DNA of 47,384 bases, from the sequence record DRR723986_5541. One strand, given 5' to 3'. The first letter of the stretch is position 1, and every line of letters begins with the position of its first letter. The notes under the pieces are model-generated. The model saw only the letters and a list, made by a program, of their open reading frames with translations. It was not told where the DNA came from and did not search any database. This document shows positions 16,879-28,800 of this stretch, one piece after another. Made by a program: the position numbers and the translations under genes.

Positions 16879-19800
16879 GTAAAGGTGCGGCAATCGAAGA
16901 TATTTATCAGTTAGCGCCCATGCAGGAAGGCATGCTGTTCCACAGTGTGTACGCTACAGGCGTTGAAGTCTACTTCCAGCAAGCCCATGGTGACATGTTT
17001 GGCGAGTTTAACCGGGAATTGTTTAAACAAGCCTGGGATGACGTAATTGCACGCCATGCTGTTCTGCGCACTGCTTTTTACTGGGAAAACCTCGATGCAC
17101 CAATGCAGGTTGTCATGCGCGAAGCCAGGATGCCCTGGACCGAACTTGACTGGCGAGAAGTATCCGCAGAAAAACTGGAAGATGACTTTCAGCATTTTTT
17201 GCGTGAAGACCGTGCGGAAGGATTTGCTCTGGGAAGTGCGCCGCTCATGCGTTTTGCGCTGCTGCGTCTGACTGAAGACAAGTATCGTTTTGTCTGGAGT
17301 TTTCACCACATAGTTTTGGATGGTTGGTCAACTGCAATTGTTTTGGCAGACGTTCTTGAAGCCTACCAGGCCAGACTTGCCGGAAGAGAACTGGACAAAA
17401 AGGCTCCACTGCCCTTTAAACACTACGTGGAGTATGTTAAACAACGTGACCCCAACTCAGCCAAAGCGTTTTGGCGTGAATATCTGAATGGAGTTACTGC
17501 GCCGTCACTGGTGCAGATGGATCGCATGGAGTCCGGCGCTGCCGTCGCTGAAGTCCGCGGAGAGTACATCCAGTCACTGGGGCGCGAACTGACGGACGCA
17601 CTTTCAGGCAGCTCACGCAGCCTGGGTACAACGGTTAATGCGATTGTGCAGGCCGCCTGGACTCTGGCGCTGGCCATCGAAACCGGGCGCGCTGACGTCA
17701 TTTTTGGTGCTACAGTTTCTGGGCGTCCTGCAAACCTGGAACGCGTAGAAGAAATTGTTGGGCTCTTGATTAACACTCTGCCTGTGCGCAAACAGATTAA
17801 CTGGCAATTGAGTGCTGCTGATTTGATTCGCGAGTTAAGTGCCGACCATGCCGTCAAGGATGAATATGCACAAACGCCATTGAGTGACATTGCTGCATGC
17901 AGTGACCTGGGGCGCGGTGCAGAGCTGTTTGATAGTTTGCTGGTCTTTGAAAACTTTCCGATGCTTATCGAGCCGGATAGTCAACGCGATTTGCAGTTTG
18001 ACAACTTCGGTGGATTTGAGCGCACCAATTTTGCTTTAACAATTCTTGTGATTCCGGGTACGGAATTGGGCTTGCGTTGGGTTTATGATGGCGCAGCCCT
18101 CAGCCACAACACAGTGGAGCGTCTGGCTGAGTTCATGCAGCATATATTGCAGGCGTTTACGCGCAATGTTAACAGGCCGCTGCTGAGCTTGGCGTTAACT
18201 GACGCATCACAAACGCGTGCACTGCGCACCTTGAGCCGCGGAACGACGACAAAGCCGAGTGCCTCAAACCTGATTGAATTGTTCGATAATGCCTGCCGCG
18301 AACACGCTGACAAGACGGCCCTCGTAGATTCAAATACAAGGCTGTCTTATGCTGAAATGCAGCACTTAAGTAATGCGATGGCGCAAGTGCTCCGTGCAAA
18401 CGGTGTTGGGTTGGGTGACGTAGTTGGAATTCAGCTGGAGCGTTCAGCAGTGTCGGCCGTAGTGTTAAGTGCTGTGCTACGCTGTGGCGCGGCTTACCTG
18501 GCGCTTGATCCGGTCTATCCGCAGGAACGGCGCACATTTATGGCGCAGGATGCGGACCTGAAACTGTTAATCAGCGCTTCTGCGGACAGTGACGTGGGCA
18601 GTGATTTAAACAGTGACGTGGGCAGTTCTGAATTGGCGGAATTGTACAAATGTGAACAGCTGTCGCTGGATGAATTGCTGGCTGAGTTGGAAGGAGAGCG
18701 GCACTCCAAAGTTGAACTGCCGGTATTTCCTGGTGAGCGGACTGCAGCCTACCTGATGTATACATCCGGTTCCACAGGCCGCCCAAAAGGTGTCGTACAT
18801 GAACATGCAGCCTTAATTAATCTAATTTACTGGCAGGTCAACGATTCTGAGTTTTCCTCCGGCGCGCGATCTGCGCAGCTGGCTTCCTATAGTTTTGACG
18901 TGTCTTTTCAGGAGTTGTTTGCCACCTGGGTGAGCGGCGGTGAACTGCACATTGTTTCTGAAGATGTTAAACGCGACCCGGGTTTGTTGCTCCAGCAGAT
19001 TGCATCTGCTCAACTGGAACGAATCACATTGCCGTATGTGGGCCTGCGCTCCCTGGCGTCACATGCTTTGGAGGCTAAGACTGCAGAGCTGCAACTGCGT
19101 GAAATTCTGACGTCCGGCGAGCAGTTGGTGGCCGACGCTGCTATTCAGGAGTGGGTTGGTTCCCTGGGCGCACGTCTGCGCAATCAGTATGGCCCGACTG
19201 AAAGCCATGTATGTACTGATTATGTTTTGCCACGGAATGTTGCGGAATGGTCTGTTCTGCCGCCAATCGGGCGTCCTGTTAACAACTGTGAAGTCTATAT
19301 ACTGGATGCCAACCTGCGGCCGCTTCCGCGCGGATTTGTGGGTGAGCTGTATCTGGCTGGTCGCAGCCTGGCACGCGGATATGTTAACCGGCCGGGACAA
19401 ACGGCGGAGCGTTTTGTGCCGAATCCTTTGGGCCGCGCCGGTGAGCGCATGTATCGTAGCGGCGATCTGGCCCGCTGGACAGCTGACGGCAACCTGGAAT
19501 TTGTGGGCCGCGCCGACGCACAGGTGAAAATCCGTGGTTACAGGGTGGAGCCTGGAGAAATTGAACAGGTTTTGCAGGCCTGTTCCGGTGTTCGTGCCGC
19601 CGCCGTTACACTGCGTGGCTCTGGTGATGAAGCGCGCCTTTTGGCTTTTGTGTGTTGCGACTCCCAGGTCGATCCCGATCTTGGCAGGATTCGAAATCAG
19701 CTGGCCGCAGTTCTGCCGGATTATATGCTTCCGAGCGTTTATACCGTGCTGGAAAATCTGCCTTTAACATCCAGCGGCAAGATCGACCGGCGTGCATTGC

Positions 19801-22800
19801 AGCAGATTGCTCCAGAGGGCGCCGGCCGGGCGCTGGACCGGAGCGTACCGCGAACGCCAAGCGAAGAAGTGATTCTGGGAATCTGGCGCAGCCTGCTGGA
19901 TAATCAAACACTGGGAATTCACGCGGACTTCTTTGACGCCGGTGGCCATTCGCTGCTGGCTACACGTCTTGTAGCACGCCTGCGCCCTATTTTCCAGCGT
20001 GAGATACCCGTCCGCCTTGTTTTTGAGAATCCAAGTGTTGCGGCCTTAAGTGCTGCCCTTGCAGCTATTGACAAGTCGGACAAACTTCATGAGATTCCAT
20101 TCCGTACGGCGGATGCGGCCTTGCTGCTGGCACCGGCACAGTTGCGACTCTGGTTTATAGAAATCTTACAGGGCGCAAGTCCACAGTATAATTTGCCGGC
20201 GGCGGTTAAGCTGCGCGGAGACCTGGACCAGCGCGCGCTGCAGACGGCTGTTAAACATCTTGTAGCGCGGCATGCAGTCCTGCGCACGCGTATTTTGAAC
20301 GATGCCGGAAGTGCACGTCCTTTGCTTGCCGATGCAGCTGAGTTTGAAGTTGACGTCCAGGAGACTTCGGCAGACATATTTCATGATGCCGACAAATTAC
20401 AGGAGCGCGTTGCACAAATAGCCTGGCAGCCTTTTAGTCTGGATATTGACCTGCCGATCCGATGTTCACTGCTGCGCGCCTCTGCTACGGAGCACGTCCT
20501 GGTTCTGGTCGTGCACCACATCGCATTCGACGGTTGGTCACAGTCGGTGCTGGTGCGTGAGTTCAGTGAGATCTACGGATTGTTAAGCCGCGGGGAGACG
20601 CTCCCGGCACGTAAACGCAAACTCGATTATCACGATCTGGCGGCCTGGTGGGGGAGCCCCGACGGCGAAGCCAACCTGGCTGAAGATCTGGACTATTGGC
20701 GTGAAGTATTTGCCGCTGAAGTTGCGGTCCTGCAGTTGCCCGCAGATAAAAGCAGACCAGAAGAACGCAAATACAATGGCGCGACCTATAATCTGGAATT
20801 TGATGCGGAAACAACGGCGGCACTACATGCGCTGGCTCGCGAACAGAATTCCAGCCTGTATATGCTTTTGCTCGCAGCTTACGTCTGGATTTTGGCGCGG
20901 CATGCCAATGTCAAAGATGTGGTGGTTGCTACACCTGTGGCCAACCGCCGCCGCACAGAATTTGAGTCGATTATTGGCTTTTTTGTTAACACCCTGCCAC
21001 TGCGCTTCAGCGTTGATTTCTCTTCAGAGCTGTCGGACTTACTGCAGCATGTGCGCACGGTGACGCTGGAGGCGTTTAACCATCAGGACGCGCCTTTTGA
21101 CAAGATTGTGGAGGCCGTCCAGTCGGGACGCGACCTGGGGAGCACACCACTGGCGCAGACATCTTTTATTCTGCAGAATACACCTGAACCCGTGCTGGAG
21201 CTGCCGGGCCTGCAGTCTGAAGTCGTTGAGCTGGCCGCACCGAATGTCAAGCATGAAATTGACATGGTATTTATGGAGCTGGCCGATGCTGGAGCCGATG
21301 CAATCGGTACTGAAAATGGGACACGGCTGATTGGTGCGATTGATTATGATCGCGATGTTTTTTCTGCTGATGAGATAGAGAACCTGGCGCTGCGATTCCG
21401 CCGCGCGCTGCAGCTGATTTTGCGCGACAGGACACTGAGCCTGCAGACGTCGGAGTTGTTGAGTGACGTGGATAATGAGCGGCTTGACGTATTGCGTGGC
21501 AACGCACTGCCGCTGCCTGTCGTAGGCTCTGGGGAATCAGGTTTTGCGGCGGAGGGAACAGCGGATGACATTCTTGCCTCCAGCCTGGAATACTTTGCGC
21601 TGCACTCGCCTGATTCGGAGGCATTGGTCTCAGCGGCTGAGCGGCTGACGTACGCGCAGTTAAACGCCAGAGTGAATCAGTGGGCGCATTTATTTGTGCG
21701 GCAGGGTGTCAGGCCCGGCGATCGCATTGTGCTGCTGCTGGGTAATCACTTTGACTACAGCATACTGTTAAGTGCCGCGCTGAAATGCGCTGCGAGTTTT
21801 GTGCCCGTAAATGTTAACAGTCCGGATGCGCGCCTGCAATTGATTGTCCAGGAGTGTGCTCCGCGTTTGCTTGTGCACGCAGACTCCAATTGGGAAAGCG
21901 AAGTGGACTGCCCGGTCCTGAGTCTGGAGCAAGCTGGGCATCAGCTGATTTCTATGCCGGAAACTAACCCAGGTATTGGCGCACATGCCGAGCAGGCCGC
22001 GTACTGCATATTTACTTCCGGCTCAACCGGCAAACCCAAAGGCGTTGAAGTGCCGCGCCAGGCGTTAAAGCGGACCTTGCACAGTTTCTGCAGCCTAACT
22101 GAAATTGGACCGGAGAGCCGCGTCCTGGGTTACGTTGCTCCAGGCTTTGATGCCGTTCTGCTGGAAGCTCTGGGGCCTCTGATGGTCGGAGCGTGTATTT
22201 GTTCCGCCGCTTCGATTTCACGTGTTAACCCCAGCGATGTGCAGCGCGATACAAGCGTCCTGCAGCCGACACATTTGCATTTTGCCGTGGCCCTTTATGC
22301 AACATTGCTGGAAAGTGGTCTGCAGGTCGACACCAGCGTTACTGATGTAATCGTGGGTGGTGATGTTCTTCATGACGCTATAGCTCAACTGCATCACGAT
22401 CGTTTGCCGGCGGTTAAGTTGCACAATGGTTATGGGCCGACCGAAACGACGATCATGGTCACGCAAGACTATGTTAAACAGCTGCCGGTCAGTTTGGGTA
22501 AACCGCTCGACTTCGTGGGCTGCTACATTCTGGATCAAAGCGGCCAGAGACAGATTCCCGGGGTTGCCGGTGAACTATTCATTGGAGGACCGGCACTAGC
22601 ACAGGGTTATCTGAATAATCCGCGGCAGACCGCGAGTGTGTTTTTACCAGATCCCTGGGCTACGGAACCCGGCAGTCGCATGTATCGCACGGGTGACATC
22701 GTACGCCTGCGCCAGGGCGACAAACTGGAATTTCACGGTCGCAGCGACAATCAGGTGAAAGTTCGCGGAGTGCGCGTAGAACCGGGAGAACTTGAAAACA

Positions 22801-25800
22801 CTCTGATGTCACATCCACTCGTGGCGCGTGCGCAAGTTACTGTGCGCCGTGATGAGGCTGAAGCCGGAAGCGAAAACAGTTTGCATGTTTTCTGTACACT
22901 GCAGGCAGGATCAAAGGCCGAATCGGCGATCAATGTTAAAGAGTTAAACAGCTTTCTGGCTGCACGGCTACCGGAATATCTGCAGCCGACTACACTTAAC
23001 ATTCTGGATGAGTTTCCTTTAACGACCAATGCCAAGATAGATGTCAAGGCTTTAAACCGTCTGATTGTTTTGGATAAACAGGCAGAAGAATTTGTTGCTC
23101 CATTGCCGGGCCTGGAGACAGATGTTGCTGCTGTCTGGAGTGCACTGCTCGATAATGCAAAAATCGGCAGGCATGATGACTTCTTCCGCCGCGGCGGACA
23201 TTCACTTCTGGCGGTCAGGGCCGGGGCGCGCCTTGCAGAGACTCTGGGAATCGAGCCACCGGTTCAGATGATTTTTCGTCACCCGACTTTAAGTCGATAT
23301 GCTGCGGCGCTGGCGGAAGTGAGTGCCACAGGCAGCCTGGAACCACAGGAACAAGGTCTGGAGTTGCTACCGCGCGAGCATCCAGCGGAGCGGCCGCTTT
23401 CCTTTGCGCAGGAACGCCTTTGGTTCCTGGACCAGCTTGAAGGTGGTGGACGGGTTTACCTGATGCCGATGATGCTGCGTCTGCGCGGTACCTTAACCGT
23501 CAGCGACCTGAGTGCAGCGTTAAACAAATTGGTTCAACGGCATGAGCAATTGCGCAGCATGTTCCCAGCCATCAATGGACAGGCGCGGCAAGTCCCCGTT
23601 GAAGCCTCACGACTTGAAGTTGGAAGGATTGAGCGCGACGAAGAATATACGCTGCAGGAGCAGCTGGAGGCGGAGGCCCTGCGCGAAGTTGAGCAAGACT
23701 TTGATCTGCAATCCCAGTTGCCGATCCGTGCGCGCCTGCTGGACATAGCCGCAGACGACAAGGTTTTGATTGTCACACTGCACCACATCGTGGCCGATGG
23801 CTGGAGTATGGGAATTCTGGCCGATGAGTTGGGCGCGATTCTGCGTGGAGAAGACCTGCAGGCTCTTGACATTTCCTATGCCGACTTTGCAGCCTGGCAA
23901 CGCGATGAAGCACGCCTGAAACGCGACGAAGCCCAACTGGACTATTGGCGCACGGCATTGGCCGACGCTCCCGAAGCTCTTGACTTACCAACTGACCGGC
24001 CACGACCTGCACAGGCAAGTCATCGTGGGGCGGTGTACAACTGGGAGCTGGATGCGGAGACAACGGCAATACTTAAACAACAGTGTGCTGCGCAGGGCAT
24101 GACTTTAAGTATGTCACTCAGTGGATTGTGGGCCGTCTTGCTGGCTCGTTTCTGCGGAACCGATGACATAAGTATTGGCATGCCGGTTGCGAACCGGCGC
24201 CCGGCGGTAACCGAAAAAATAGTCGGTTTATATCTGAATACGGTCGTTCTGCGCGTCAGACCCGAGCCATTAACTTCTCTGCACGAGGTGCTGGAGCAAG
24301 TGCGCGAGAGTTCCCTCGCGGCTCTGGCCAATCAGGATGTGCCCTTTGAGCGCGTGGTGGAAGCTGTGCAGCCCAGCCGTTCCCTTAGCCGGACGCCCCT
24401 GTTTCAGGTCATGTTTGTAATGCACAACATGCCTTCCGGAGCACTGGAAAGGCAGGGGCTTAAAATTGAATCACTTGAAATGCCGGTTTCGGGTGCGCGT
24501 TTTGATTTGACTCTTACCTGCCGCGAAACCGAGTCTGGAATCGCATGCTCAGTTGAGTATGCGCTGGACCTGTTTGGTGAGGACTCCGTGCGTCGCCTGG
24601 CGGAATTGTATAGCGGTCTGATTGCTTCAGTTCAGCGGGAGCAGCATACACCTGTTGCCGCACTGCCACTTAACAATTACAGCAGCAGGCATGCGGAAGT
24701 TATCACGCCTCCTGCGGCGCGCTTTCGTGGTGGTGTTCATGTCTTTTTTGAAGCCTGGGCTCAACGCGACGGCGATAAACCCGCGATTCGTTTTGAAGGC
24801 AAAACCTATCGTTTTGCGCAGGTAAATGCTCTTGCCAATTCGGTTGCGCGCGCCTTGAACGAACAAGGTGCCGGCCCGGAGCAAGTTATCGGAATCTGCG
24901 CCGAACGTTCACCGGAAATGATTGCCGCCCTGTTTGGCATTTTGAAAACGGGTGCGGCATTTCTGCCGCTGGAGCCGAGCCTTCCCGCAGAACGCCTGGC
25001 GGGCATGATTGCAGATGCAAATGCTAATCTGGTTCTCTGTGATGCCGTCGGTGAGCTGGTCCTGAAACCAGTCGAATGCCGCAAAATGCCCCTGCTGTCC
25101 ATCAAACCGCAAGAGTTTGATTCTACAAACTTTCCAACACCATTGCTAGGTCGCGACAGCGCCGCATATGTCGTCTTCACATCCGGTTCTACGGGGCGCC
25201 CCAAAGGTGCGCTAAATACGCATGGAGCGCTCTGGAATCGTCTGGCATGGATGGAGGAATATTTGGATATGGGGCCGCTGGACCGGGTGCTTCACAAAAC
25301 GCCGATATCCTTTGATGTGTCCGTCTGGGAACTGATTCTGCCCCTCTGTACCGGTGGCCTGCAAGTCATAGCACGTCCGGAAGGGCATCGCGACGCCGCT
25401 TACCTGGCGAGCCTGATACAGTCGGAAGGTGTCACGATTTTGCACTTTGTGCCGCCGATGCTGCGCGTTTTCCTGGAGGAGGCAAGTGCGGAACAGCTTT
25501 CACAGGTACGGCATATCATTTGCAGCGGCGAAGCGCTGTCCCCGGATTTGGTTGAGCTGACGCACCGCAGCTGTGTAGCCGAAGTGCACAATCTATATGG
25601 GCCTACCGAAGCGGCGATTGACGTCAGCGCCTGGCGCACGACGCTTGCCAGCGAACGCAGTGTGCCTATCGGCCATGCTATTGATGGAGTGGAACTGCTC
25701 GTACTGGATGCATTTATGCAGCCCTTGCCGCCTGGCGTTCCCGGTGAGCTTTATATCGGTGGCGTCGCCCTTGCGCGCTGTTACGCCGGTAAATCGGCGC

Positions 25801-28800
25801 AGACTGCTGAGGCATTTGTGCCGCACCCATACGCCGATGGTGCGCGCCTGTATCGCACGGGAGACATAGCGCGCCGGCGCCCGGATGGGGCGATTGAATT
25901 TGTGGGCCGCCGTGATCACCAGATAAAACTGCGCGGCTTCCGCATTGAACTGGGAGAAATTGAGCAGCAGAGTCAAAAACTACATTGGGTGCGCAACAGC
26001 GTAGCCGTAGTTCGCGAGCGCGCAGTCTACCTGTTTGCCGAGGCAGAAGCCACGCATCAGGGGACGCAAGATGCCGAACTGCTGATGGAACATTTGCGAC
26101 GCATCCTGCCCGAATACATGCTGCCACAGGAAATCGTCCTGATGGCCCAAATGCCACTCACACCGAATGGCAAAATTGATCGTCGCCGACTGCCGGCAAT
26201 CCGCAAGCCGGACGATGAGTTAACATATGTGGCTCCGCGCAGTGCGCACGAAGCGCTCCTGGCTGATATCTGGGCGGACGTTCTGGGGCGTAAGCGCGTC
26301 GGGATTCACGACAACTATTTTGCTTTGGGTGGTGATTCCATTCTCAGCATTCAAATACTGGCGCGCGCACGTACCGCCGGATTGCACTTAACAGTTCGCG
26401 ATGTATTTGAGCGCCAGACAATAGCTGAGCTGGCGGTAATGGCCGGCCGCGGCGGGATTGTACAGGCGGAGCAGGGCAGCGTTACCGGCCGCGCGCCACT
26501 GACGGCGATTCAGGAGTGGATGTTTGCGCAAGATTTGCAGAATCCCAATCATTTTAATCAGAGTTTGATGTTCCAGGTTCCGGTCGATTTTGACGCGGAA
26601 CGTGCCTACCTTATTCTTAACCGCCTGGCCGAACATCACGATGCGCTGCGCACGCAGTTTGTTAAGCATGATGCTACCTGGGAACAGGTGTGGAACGCCG
26701 AGAGCAATGTACCGATTGTCTGGAAGTCCGCACAGATTCTAAGTGCCGACCCGGCCGTGCAAGTGGAACGGCTTGAAAAACATTGTGCGCAGCTGCAGGC
26801 GGCTTTTGACCTAAAAAATGGACCGGTGTTTGGCGGTGCGTACTTTAAAATGGCGGGCTCGGCGCCCGGGCGTTTTCTAATTCTGGCACACCACCTGGTA
26901 GTTGACGGCGTGTCCTGGCGCATTCTTCTTGAAGATTTTGTGCAACTGTATCGCAGTCCGGGAAGCCTGACTGGTGTTGAACTGCCTTCGAAGTCTACCG
27001 CGTATCGCGATTGGGCGCGCGCGCAGCAGCAGTGGGCCAATCAGGACCTTCCACAATCGGTTCAGGCTGAATGGCAGGCCTGGCTGCGCCGTAAAGGTGG
27101 GCGCCTGCCGCTGCTGCCGGAGATGCAGGCAGCAGCAAATCCGGACAGTGTTAACACAAATCTGGCGGCCGAAGAAGTTAATCTGGTAGTTGTGCCGGAG
27201 TTGGCGCGTGCACTAACCGAAACGGTCGCTTCAATTCGGGGCTGCTCAACGGATGAAATCCTGCTGGCGGCTATTGCTCGCGTGTTAACACGCCTTGCCG
27301 CTGCCGAGCATGTGCGCATTGATGTTGAAGGGCATGGACGCGATACAAACATCACATCCATGGATCTCTCGCGCACTGTCGGTTGGTTTACTACAATTTT
27401 ACCGCTGCTGGTCACACCCGACGTGGGCGGCAATGTATTGCATGACCTCAAAGCTATTAAACAAGCTTTACGTGGGGCGCCGCATGGTGCCGCGGCTTAT
27501 GGCGCTCTGCGATATGTTAACAAGGATAACAGTGTCCGCGAATCGATGCAGGCCTGCCCTCCGGCAGACTTGCTCTATAATAATCACGGCAATGTACGCT
27601 CTGGCAGTGACGAGTTTTTAAAACCGGCGGGCGAACGCGGAGGACCGATGTACGCGCCCGAAAATCAGCGCTCTCACCGCCTGGAAATTAACGCTATTAC
27701 ACAAGATGGGCAGCTGGCAATTGTCCTGCGTTATGCCGCCGCGCTGTACGATGCCGAATTGATCGATGCATTGTGCAGTGGAATTCGCGATGAGCTGGCA
27801 GCGCTCCTGGCGCAACTGCGGACCGTCAAAAGTCCAATTCAAACGCCATCTGATTTTCCACTGTTTACCATGTCTCAGACGGAACTGGATGCGGTTACCG
27901 ACGGCCGTTTTGTGCAAGACATTCTGCCGATTACGGCTGCGCAGCGCGGCATGCTCGTAGAATCAATTTCAGTGGCGGACCGCAATCTGCACGTTGAACA
28001 GCATGTCTATAGTTTAACTTCCATGCGTGATCCGCAGCAGTTAAAAGACGTCTGGCAGCGCACCCTGCTAAGGCATGAGAGTCTGCGCGCCGCCTTTGTC
28101 TGGTCACCAACGCTGGGACCAATGCAGTTGATTGAACATGACGTCAGGCTGCCATGGCGCCGCGTGGTTTTATTGACAAACGATCCCGCAGATCGCGATG
28201 AAGAACGCCGCCGGCTGATTGAAAATGAGCTTGCACAGCCTTTTAACCTGGAACGCGCACCGCTGATGCGCCTTTTGTACATTGATGAGGGAGAAGGACG
28301 CGCAAGCCTGGTCTGGACACATCATCATATTCTGGTTGACGGCTGGTCCGTGGGCCTTGTGTTGCGCGAGCTGCTGGCAGGGATAGGGCAGGAAACAACT
28401 ACAATTTCACGGCCGGCGCCGCTGCGCAGTTACATGCAGTGGTTAACAACGCGCGATCGTGAGGCGGCTCAGGCGTGGTGGCAAAACAACTGTAAAAATG
28501 TCAAGTTTCCAACGCCGCTGGGACAGGCCGCGCAAGCCCCTGCCACAATTGCTCCTGACACTGGTTTTGGACACTTTGATCGCGCCTGGTCGGTCCACGA
28601 AAGTGAGATGCTGCGCGCGGCTGCGCGTGAGGCACGCACTACTTCAACCACGTACCTGCATGCAGCCTGGGCACTGGTGCTCGCAGCCAACTCAGGCCGG
28701 CAGTATGTCGCGTTTGGCGCGACGGTCAGCGGGCGTCCGGCCGACCTCCCGGGCACGGAGGAAATGACCGGGATGTTTATTAACACCTTGCCGGTCGTGA

